From NCBI RefSeq assembly GCF_037963865.1, contig NZ_CP150170.1, forward strand, positions 6,317,760 through 6,357,759: DNA of 40,000 nucleotides. The letters are read 5' to 3'. Below the pieces are notes generated by a model. That model was not told the origin of the DNA. It saw only the letters and a program-made list of their open reading frames with translations, and searched no databases. This DNA is from Paenibacillus sp. FSL R10-2734 (GTDB taxonomy: Bacteria; Bacillota; Bacilli; Paenibacillales; Paenibacillaceae). Positions 1 through 6,324 of this stretch are shown here, piece after piece. Each line of letters starts with the position of its first letter. Position 1 is the first letter of the stretch. Made by a program: the position numbers and the translations under genes.

Positions 1-1170
1 GGACATCCCGTTATATATGCCGACTATCTTCATGCTCCGGGTAAGCCAACCATTCTTGTATACGGACACTACGATGTGCAGCCAGTAGATCCGTTAAACC
101 TATGGACCACACCTCCATTTGAACCAGAGATCCGTGATGGCAAGCTTTATGCACGCGGAGCAACGGATGATAAAGGACAAGTATTCATTCACTTCAAAGC
201 GATTGAAGCGATACTGAAACAAGAAGGTACTCTTCCTGTAAACATCAAGCTTTGCATCGAGGGTGAAGAAGAAATCGGTAGTATAAATCTACCGCCATTC
301 CTTGAAGCTAACAAAGAAAAGCTGGCTGCGGACGCGGTTCTAGTCTCCGATACATCCCTGCTGGAGCGTGGTCGCCCTGCAATTTGTACTGGACTGCGTG
401 GTCTTGGATCACTTGAAGTTAGCGTGACAACAGCTCTTACAGACCTTCACTCTGGATCTTACGGCGGCGGCGTTCCGAATGCACTGCATGCGCTCGTGTC
501 CTTGCTCAGCTCGCTTCATGACGACAAAGGCCGTGTTTCCGTAGAGGGCTTCTATGATGGAGTACCTGAGCTTTCTCCAATGATACGGGAGGAATTCGTG
601 AAGCAAGGCGTGAATGAGGATAAAATCCGCGAAGCACTTGGACTAGATGCGTTATACGGCGAAGAAGGTTATTCCTTCGTTGAGCGGATTGGCGCTCGCC
701 CTACCCTTGAGCTTAACGGTGTTTATGGTGGTTTCCAAGGGGAAGGCAGCAAGACGGTTATTCCTAAAGAGGCACATGCCAAGATTACCTGTCGCCTTGT
801 TGGCGATCAGGATCCACAGCATATCCTTGATGCTGTGGAGGCTCATCTGAAGGCTAATATTCAAAGCGGAGCGAAAGTGCATGTGAAGCAAATGGAAAAG
901 GCACGTGCCTTTAACATCGATCCATCAAATCCGATTCTGCAAACTGCAGCGGACGCTTACGGTAAAGTATACGGAACCCGCGCCCTCTTCACTAAAGATG
1001 GTGGTTCCATTCCGATCATGGAAAGCTTCTCCCGTGTACTTGAAGCACCAGTGGTCCTAATGGGCTTTGGCCTTGATGATGAGAACCTGCATGCACCGGA
1101 TGAGCATTTCAACCTTGAGAACTTCGATAAGGGACTGCTCACCATTGTGGAGTTCTTAAAGACTGTTTAA
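1..1170 (+). CDS. M20-family metallopeptidase/dipeptidase (ArgE/DapE/CPG2-like), 5' end outside window
   Basis: Frame 1 is open from base 1 (GHPVIYADYLHAPGKPTILVYGHYDVQPVD...ARGATDDKGQ...EGEEEIGS), matching M20 peptidase metal-binding motifs. TAA at 1168-1170 is followed by a hairpin terminator. Confidence 0.85.
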   Translation, partial: GHPVIYADYLHAPGKPTILVYGHYDVQPVDPLNLWTTPPFEPEIRDGKLYARGATDDKGQVFIHFKAIEAILKQEGTLPVNIKLCIEGEEEIGSINLPPFLEANKEKLAADAVLVSDTSLLERGRPAICTGLRGLGSLEVSVTTALTDLHSGSYGGGVPNALHALVSLLSSLHDDKGRVSVEGFYDGVPELSPMIREEFVKQGVNEDKIREALGLDALYGEEGYSFVERIGARPTLELNGVYGGFQGEGSKTVIPKEAHAKITCRLVGDQDPQHILDAVEAHLKANIQSGAKVHVKQMEKARAFNIDPSNPILQTAADAYGKVYGTRALFTKDGGSIPIMESFSRVLEAPVVLMGFGLDDENLHAPDEHFNLENFDKGLLTIVEFLKTV

Positions 1171-1189
1171 GAAAATACACAGCATATAA

Positions 1190-1228
1190 AAAGCCAGACT
1201 CCACTTGTTTGTGGAGTCTGGCTTTTTA
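1190..1228 (+). terminator. Rho-independent terminator of the dipeptidase gene
   Basis: AGCCAGACTCCAC / GTGGAGTCTGGCT 13-bp stem (1192-1204 / 1211-1223) followed by TTTTT. Confidence 0.8.
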
Positions 1229-1230
1229 CT

Positions 1231-1252
1231 GTTTGAATTATGGAGCGGGTGA
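1231..1252. repeat. 22-bp copy of the tRNA-Gly 3' end plus its downstream flank (second att-like scar)
   Basis: GTTTGAATTATGGAGCGGGTGA matches GTTTAAATTATGGAGCGGGTGA at 1632-1653 at 21 of 22 positions. Confidence 0.6.
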
Positions 1253-1380
1253 ATAGAAGGCTGTTCGTTTAAACCGCCGCCGCTTACAGAGCACACATCG
1301 CTGTACTCTCTGCAGGATTTCGGAGGTTTGGCGAGTAGGAACTCCTGTGTACGTTAAGGATTTTTCTTTGGTGGAGAGTG

Positions 1381-1503
1381 TTATAGGGAAATCCTCCCTA
1401 TAAAATAGGTCATCGCTGTTATTGTGACCTGGTTATACGGAAAAATTCCCTATAGTCAATCAATGACCTTAAATCACATAATTATACGGAGAAATTCCCT
1501 ATA
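1381..1503. repeat. Cluster of four TCCCTATA/TATAGGGA boxes (one palindrome, two 22-bp direct repeats)
   Basis: Palindrome TTATAGGGA-AATCC-TCCCTATAA at 1381-1403. Direct repeats TTATACGGA(A/G)AAATTCCCTATA at 1433-1454 and 1482-1503. Confidence 0.6.
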
Positions 1504-1600
1504 ATTCCAATAGACCGACCCTGAAAAAGAGCAATAGATAGCATCAAGAACGCAACATCAAGAAGTGTATATATGAACGTAGAATGTAACCCCTATAATT

Positions 1601-1626
1601 AAAAAAATCCTTGCGTCGCAAGGATT
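1601..1626 (-). terminator. Terminator downstream of the (former) tRNA-Gly gene
   Basis: Minus strand reads AATCCTTG-CGACG-CAAGGATT followed by TTTTTTT, immediately 3' of the tRNA CCA end. Confidence 0.7.
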
Positions 1627-1641
1627 TGGAAGTTTAAATTA

Positions 1642-1690
1642 TGGAGCGGGTGATGGGAATCGAACCCACGCTATCAGCTTGGAAGGCTGA
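1642..1690 (-). other. Truncated tRNA-Gly(UCC): anticodon arm to CCA end only; putative prophage att core
   Basis: Minus strand is TCAGCCTTCCAAGCTGATAGCGTGGGTTCGATTCCCATCACCCGCTCCA. This covers the anticodon stem-loop (CUUCCAA), T-arm GGTTCGATTCC and the 3' acceptor plus CCA. No D-arm or 5' acceptor strand follows. Confidence 0.75.
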
Positions 1691-1846
1691 TAATAAGGTA
1701 TGTCAGTGTCGGTCTGTCCCTTAATATATATGGGTTTTCCATAAATTCAAGGGTGTTAACAAAGTCAGAAACCACCACTATTACCCACGTAGGTCAATTT
1801 CCTTTGCCCCTATTTTGCCCCCTGTTGAATACGGGGAGGTTATCAT

Positions 1847-2053
1847 ATGAAAATAAAAGACCTTAAACAAGGAATTGGAGTCCAGATCATCGCAGGCCAC
1901 TGGAAAGACCGTATAGGCACCATATGTCAATTTGCATTTGGCAAAATCATCATTGATATTGGAGAACCCTTACTCATTAGTGAACCACCTGAATATCTTG
2001 AACTTGCACCAGAGGATCCATTACCTCCAGGATGGGAGGAAGTCGAGGTATAA
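1847..2053 (+). CDS. Small hypothetical protein, KOW/SH3-like N-terminus, conserved C-terminal EPLLxIxEPE...PLPPGWxE motif (paralog of 2925-3161)
   Basis: RBS GGGGAGGT lies 7 nt upstream of the ATG and a terminator follows. Clear similarity to the 78-aa ORF at 2925-3161. Confidence 0.6.
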   Translation: MKIKDLKQGIGVQIIAGHWKDRIGTICQFAFGKIIIDIGEPLLISEPPEYLELAPEDPLPPGWEEVEV

Positions 2054-2057
2054 ACTA

Positions 2058-2095
2058 AAGCCCTGCTACCGTAATGGTCAGCAGGGCTTTATTAT
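2058..2095 (+). terminator. Hairpin terminator
   Basis: AAAGCCCTGCT / AGCAGGGCTTT 11-bp stem followed by a T-rich tail. Confidence 0.6.
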
Positions 2096-2166
2096 ACCGC
2101 ATACTATCGTAGGGTTGATTACAGATAAAACAAAAGAATTTCTTAGCAACAAAAGAGCCGTCCAGG

Positions 2167-2382
2167 TTATCCCTGTGACGACTCTTCTACATGTTCAATG
2201 ATATCGTTTGGTTGTACTCCGAAATGGCTACAAAGTTTGTCCAGCACTTCAAGAGAGATATTCTCACCCTTACCCATCTTCGCTATAGTGGACGGACCAA
2301 GGCCAAGTGCCTCCCTTAAATCCTGCTTCTTCATTTCATTTTTCGCTAATAGCACCCATAAGGGCTTGTACGAAAACGGCAT
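2167..2382 (-). CDS. XRE/Cro-C1 family helix-turn-helix transcriptional regulator
   Basis: KKQDLREALGLGPSTIAKMGKGENISLEVLDKLCSHFGVQPNDII is a typical short XRE HTH. RBS GGAAGGTG lies 6 nt before the ATG at 2382; the track start is an upstream GTG at 2391. Confidence 0.8.
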   Translation of the reverse strand: MPFSYKPLWVLLAKNEMKKQDLREALGLGPSTIAKMGKGENISLEVLDKLCSHFGVQPNDIIEHVEESSQG

Positions 2383-2413
2383 TATATTCACCTTCCTACT
2401 TCTTTATGTACTC

Positions 2414-2493
2414 ATAATAATAAAATAAATACAGGAAGTCAAACTTTTTATTTGACTAAAGATACAACATATGATATATTTAATACAGGAAGT
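2414..2493. promoter_or_regulatory. Back-to-back near-consensus sigmaA promoters with two AATACAGGAAGT boxes (putative XRE operators)
   Basis: Plus strand: TTGACT (2452-2457), N17, TG-extended TATATT (2475-2480). Minus strand: TTGACT (rc of 2437-2442), N17, TATTAT (rc of 2414-2419). AATACAGGAAGT occurs at 2428-2439 and 2482-2493, each abutting a short inverted repeat. Confidence 0.55.
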
Positions 2494-2524
2494 GAAAGTA
2501 ATACTTCCCGAAAGGAGAGAAGGG

Positions 2525-2638
2525 ATGAAGGATTGGGTACAACTCCTAACAGCATCTATCCAGTGTTACACAGCTTATCTACTGCTAAAGGACAAGAAAA
2601 AAGGAACCAAACGCCGCGCACCACGCAAACGTAAATAG
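2525..2638 (+). CDS. 37-aa peptide, hydrophobic N-terminal half and strongly basic tail (MKDWVQLLTASIQCYTAYLLLKDKKKGTKRRAPRKRK)
   Basis: Strong RBS AAAGGAGAG lies 7-8 nt upstream. It is the first gene after the plus-strand promoter and is followed by the hairpin GGAGGAAGGG/CCCTTCCTCC. It is below the 60-aa cutoff of the ORF track. Confidence 0.4.
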   Translation: MKDWVQLLTASIQCYTAYLLLKDKKKGTKRRAPRKRK

Positions 2639-2737
2639 GTTCCCGGAGGAAGGGATTGAGCCCCTTCCTCCACCCAATCATAACACACTCACACCAGAAA
2701 ATAAATTAGCCGGCGGGCATACGCGGGAGGGATATGA

Positions 2738-2824
2738 ATGTTGAATATAATCACTTGGATTGTTATCGGAGTATCACTTGTTTTGTCCATCATTGCAATG
2801 ATTAGATCCCGGAGACGCCACTGA
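2738..2824 (+). CDS. 28-aa single-TM peptide with basic C-terminus (MLNIITWIVIGVSLVLSIIAMIRSRRRH)
   Basis: RBS GGGAGGG lies 6-7 nt upstream of the ATG. Not in the ORF track because it is too short. Confidence 0.35.
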   Translation: MLNIITWIVIGVSLVLSIIAMIRSRRRH

Positions 2825-2924
2825 TGCTAACGATACAACGACAGTACCATTACTCAAATGACAGTGCTACTTACTTTGGAATGTCCCAGATAACTTTAAA
2901 TGATCTAGGAGCACCCCCTACTTT

Positions 2925-3161
2925 ATGAGATGGGAAGAAATAAAGCCGGGGCAGTCCGTGCGTATCTGTGACAATCACGATAGCGGATTTGGTGGAAGGT
3001 GTGGAAGAGTTGTAGCGATTGGTACTTTTATTGGAATCAGCGAACGTATAGGTGCGTTAATTGACATACATGAACCACTACTAGTAATTATTGAACCAGA
3101 AGCCCTCGATGAAATCAACTTCGAACCACTGCCACCAGGATGGGCTGAATTTGATATATAA
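2925..3161 (+). CDS. Small hypothetical protein, paralog of 1847-2053
   Basis: Shares IKPGQSV-type KOW-like N-terminus and the HEPLLVIIEPEALDEINFEPLPPGWAEFDI C-terminus. A terminator follows. Confidence 0.6.
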   Translation: MRWEEIKPGQSVRICDNHDSGFGGRCGRVVAIGTFIGISERIGALIDIHEPLLVIIEPEALDEINFEPLPPGWAEFDI

Positions 3162-3175
3162 ATTATCTAATTAAA

Positions 3176-3214
3176 ATGCCTCGTCAGTATAATCACTGAT
3201 GAGGCACATTTTTA
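3176..3214 (+). terminator. Rho-independent terminator
   Basis: GCCTCGTCAGT / ACTGATGAGGC stem followed by a TTTTT-containing tail. Confidence 0.75.
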
Positions 3215-3498
3215 CAATTGTCGCGGTTGGGTGTCTTATTGACTTTATTGAGCTATCGTGTCCCGTTAGTTCAAGAAGAATCGTAAACATTTCACTATTC
3301 CTTTACTTCGGTTAATTTCAATAAAACGCCCTTTTAACTAACCTGCCCATTAGCTTAAAGCTATTACCGCAAAGGTACCATCGACAGCAATATTACTATT
3401 CCTGTTTAATTTTTGATAATATATCATAAAAAAGACTATTGAATGGACTTGTCGACAGTCTTTTTTGGGCTATTATTTGAATGGACGCATTGTTGCAG

Positions 3499-3783
3499 CT
3501 ATTCCTTTAGGGCATCCACATATTGCTTCGCTTCTAATAGTGACAAACCAAGCACTTCTCTCGCTTTTTTAATAGCTGCTACTTCCTTGCCGTTACGTAC
3601 GAGCTGGAGAACCTCATTTTGAACAAGATGTGGGGGCAGACCTTCAGACTTGGCAATTTGGTCAACATTTACCTGCATTGTTTTGATACGAGCTTCCATG
3701 GCACTTACTTTGTTATACACAGTTAAACATACAACTAAGGACACAAGTGATATCGAAATTGATAGGTATTCCATTTGCGCCAC
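3499..3783 (-). CDS. Membrane-anchored small protein with ribosomal L7/L12 C-terminal-like domain
   Basis: N-terminal TM segment (LSISISLVSLVVCLTV). The C-terminus AAIKKAREVLGLSLLEAKQYVDALKE resembles the L7/L12 CTD fold motif. Confidence 0.55.
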   Translation of the reverse strand: MAQMEYLSISISLVSLVVCLTVYNKVSAMEARIKTMQVNVDQIAKSEGLPPHLVQNEVLQLVRNGKEVAAIKKAREVLGLSLLEAKQYVDALKE

Positions 3784-3951
3784 TCCCTTCTATCTCTTCT
3801 TTTATTCTAAATGAAGATGTCTGGTTAAACAACTTTATGTCGTGTCCTATTGAACTAACTGCCCGTTAGTTGAACAAATAAAAAAAGCTGCCGAAGCAAC
3901 CGCTATTCCACTAACGTGTCCCGTTAGCTCTATAGTTTGATCGATCTAAAG

Positions 3952-4119
3952 TCATCTATTTCTCTTTTCATCTAAATATATATCGAGCGCTGCTATCGCT
4001 CTGATTAATAGCTTTATGATTAAATACAGTGTATATAATCCAAGCAAAATGAAAAGTCCGTAAGCAATCATAAGGATCATTGGCCAAAACATCGATAACA
4101 TTGTAGAAGAAGTACCCAT
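3952..4119 (-). CDS. 55-aa two-TM membrane protein (MGTSSTMLSMFWPMILMIAYGLFILLGLYTLYLIIKLLIRAIAALDIYLDEKRNR)
   Basis: RBS AAAGGAG lies 7 nt upstream of this ATG. It is an alternative frame to the 72-aa track ORF 3968-4186, which has no properly spaced RBS. Confidence 0.45.
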   Translation of the reverse strand: MGTSSTMLSMFWPMILMIAYGLFILLGLYTLYLIIKLLIRAIAALDIYLDEKRNR

Positions 4120-4354
4120 ATTCCATCTCCTTTAAAACAAAATTTATGTGAGCCATGACTAATAATCGGGAACAGTTAATTTCCAAGACCCAACCTCATA
4201 TTACCATAATTGGAACTATCCTGCCGCTTAGCTTAATAAGGGATAAGTGAAAATGTAGCCAGAAATAAGTGAATAGTTACGAAATGAAGTAGAAAATATT
4301 ACCTTATTCTGATAGACTACTCCCAGAATCATACATTGGGGGTATTTATTTTTT

Positions 4355-5410
4355 ATGAAAAGAATTATTGTTTCAATCTTCATGTCACTCGTTTTATTGT
4401 TGATGCCTGTACTTGCTGAGGCACACCCAGGACGTACAGATGGAGATGGCGGTCATTATTGCCGCACAAATTGCGCAAAGTGGGGACTGGAAGACGGAGA
4501 ATACCATTACCACAATGGTGGAAGTTCAGATTCAAAACCGACTGCCACTGCTAAACCAGCTGTTAAACCTACCGCGAAACCAACACCAAAGCCTACTGCT
4601 ACACCAGCTCCAACTTTGCTTTTACCAAAGAAACAAAACGTTGGCACTCTTCAGGTTTACTTTTTCGATGTTGGTCAAGGTGACTCTACCTTAATCCGGA
4701 CTCCGAATAATCAATATGTACTCATTGACGGAGGTGATAACACTCAGGGTAAAAACGTAGTAAAGTATCTGAACGCTCTTGGTGTAAAGACACTTGATGC
4801 CATGGTAGCAACTCATCCTGACGCGGATCATATTGGCGGTCTTGACGATGTTTTAAAGGCTGTAGACGTTAAATCTGTATATGCCCCAAAGGTTTCCCAC
4901 ACGACGGATACATATAAAGACTTTCTAACTGCAGTCAAAAATGAAGGTCGTACAATAAAAAGTGTGACAAAAGGGGGTACCATTCCCCTATCTGGTATAG
5001 AAGCAAACTTTCTGGCCCCCATCAATACTTACGGCGATGATTTGAATAATTGGAGTGCAGTCCTGAAGATCACTTACAAAAACAACTCCTTCTTATTCAC
5101 TGGAGATGCTGAGCTCAAATCTGAAAATGATATGCTTGCAGATGGTCTGGCTCTTAAAGCAGATGTTCTAAAGGTCGGCCATCATGGATCCAATAGTTCA
5201 ACCAGCAAAGCATTTCTTAATGCCGTTAAACCACAGTACTCATTAATAAGCGTAGGTAAAAACAATTATGGACATCCAGATTCCGGAATACTTACAAGGT
5301 TAAAAAATGCAGATACTTCTATTTTACGAACTGATCAAAAAGGTACAATTACTGCTATTAGTGATGGAAGTAAAATATCCTTTACGACAACTAAGGGGGC
5401 TTCTAAATGA
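4355..5410 (+). CDS. Secreted YHYH-domain / ComEC-type metallo-beta-lactamase-fold hydrolase (putative extracellular nuclease)
   Basis: Signal peptide ending LAEA/HP, then GGHYC...EYHYH and a KPT/PTA-rich linker. MBL motifs are DVGQGDS, THPDADHIGG, GDAE, VGHHGS and YGHP. Confidence 0.8.
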   Translation: MKRIIVSIFMSLVLLLMPVLAEAHPGRTDGDGGHYCRTNCAKWGLEDGEYHYHNGGSSDSKPTATAKPAVKPTAKPTPKPTATPAPTLLLPKKQNVGTLQVYFFDVGQGDSTLIRTPNNQYVLIDGGDNTQGKNVVKYLNALGVKTLDAMVATHPDADHIGGLDDVLKAVDVKSVYAPKVSHTTDTYKDFLTAVKNEGRTIKSVTKGGTIPLSGIEANFLAPINTYGDDLNNWSAVLKITYKNNSFLFTGDAELKSENDMLADGLALKADVLKVGHHGSNSSTSKAFLNAVKPQYSLISVGKNNYGHPDSGILTRLKNADTSILRTDQKGTITAISDGSKISFTTTKGASK

Positions 5411-5622
5411 GAAAAGGAATTATTGATCGCTTCGAAGGAGTATATGCCGTTGTAGAATTTGAAGGGCAAACTGAGGATATCTTAAAATCAATTTTACCTA
5501 AAGAGGCAAAGTCTGGAGATACTCTTATTTTTAAAGATAATGAAATTCTGATCGATAAGAATGACTCGAAAAAGAGAAAAGAAGACATTCAGCAGCTAAT
5601 GGACGATTTGTTCGAAGATTAA
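5407..5622 (+). CDS. DUF3006-like small protein (usual partner of ComEC-type MBL genes)
   Basis: ATGA start/stop overlap with the MBL gene. MRKGIIDRFEGVYAVVEFEG...GDTLIF pattern. A terminator follows. Confidence 0.65.
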   Translation: MRKGIIDRFEGVYAVVEFEGQTEDILKSILPKEAKSGDTLIFKDNEILIDKNDSKKRKEDIQQLMDDLFED

Positions 5623-5625
5623 AAA

Positions 5626-5657
5626 GAAACCCTGGAGAAATCCAGGATTTCTTTTAT
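5626..5657 (+). terminator. Rho-independent terminator
   Basis: GAAACCCTGGA-GAAA-TCCAGGATTTC followed by TTTT. Confidence 0.75.
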
Positions 5658-5819
5658 AGATTTTTAAACACAGTTTAGGGAAGGATCCATTCAAATGAAA
5701 TACTTATATTTGAAAAACTTGTAGATAAACATTAGCCGTCCCAATCAAAAGTATTCTAGTCAAAAAAGTTAACTCAGCTCTATGAATACCATTATTATAA
5801 TTCAGTGCAATTGGATTTA

Positions 5820-6251
5820 TTAATACTGATAATAAAAAATAATATAGATATATACGCCTAACAAAAGTAGCAATTTTAAATAAGATTGGAAATCTCTTAA
5901 GCCTTTTCTTTTAATGAATTGAACAGCTCTGATTAAAAAGAGAATTGGAAAAAGAATTAAGACAACATACGTAATAAGAAAATTCTTTTCGATACCCGGT
6001 ATGAGATGAACATATGTAGCGAAAAGAATAAGCAGTAATGATAGTAGTTCATCGTGTTCCTTTATTATTATGGAGACTAAAACTAATGTAAAAATGACTA
6101 ATGGAATAATATAATTACTAAATATTACTTCTAAAAAACTTTCATCAAAAGATTTGCTTGTTACTTGCAATGCCATCCACAAAGCTACTAAAAAACCTGT
6201 AGTAACATAATGCCATAAAACGCTTTTCCTCTGAAGTCTAGACATAGTCAA
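5820..6251 (-). CDS. Hypothetical polytopic membrane protein (4-5 TM)
   Basis: 143-aa ORF that is hydrophobic throughout, in very AT-rich DNA, downstream of the secreted-protein gene. Confidence 0.5.
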   Translation of the reverse strand: MTMSRLQRKSVLWHYVTTGFLVALWMALQVTSKSFDESFLEVIFSNYIIPLVIFTLVLVSIIIKEHDELLSLLLILFATYVHLIPGIEKNFLITYVVLILFPILFLIRAVQFIKRKGLRDFQSYLKLLLLLGVYIYIIFYYQY

Positions 6252-6271
6252 CTCCTATTTTATATTGAAAT

Positions 6272-6312
6272 CAAAAAAACTTCCTCATCTATTATTATAG
6301 CATGAGGAAGTT
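6272..6312 (-). terminator. Rho-independent terminator after 6325-7059
   Basis: Minus strand: AACTTCCTCATG...ATGAGGAAGTT followed by TTTTTTT. Confidence 0.7.
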
Positions 6313-6324
6313 ATTTTATTTTAA

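Noticed and set aside
409-1145. Track ORFs 409-606(-), 647-850(+), 652-891(-) and 957-1145(-) inside the dipeptidase gene
   Set aside because: They are alternative-frame or antisense ORFs fully embedded in a well-supported M20 peptidase CDS. They have no RBS and non-protein-like composition.
1932-2428. Track ORFs 1932-2201(+) and 2198-2428(+)
   Set aside because: The first overlaps the 68-aa gene and crosses its terminator. The second is antisense to the well-supported XRE gene. Neither has an RBS.
2452-2634. 60-aa track ORF (MTKDTTYDIFNTGSE...)
   Set aside because: Its start lies inside the -35/-10 promoter elements and has no RBS. The overlapping 37-aa frame (2525-2638) has a strong, correctly spaced SD, so I preferred that frame.
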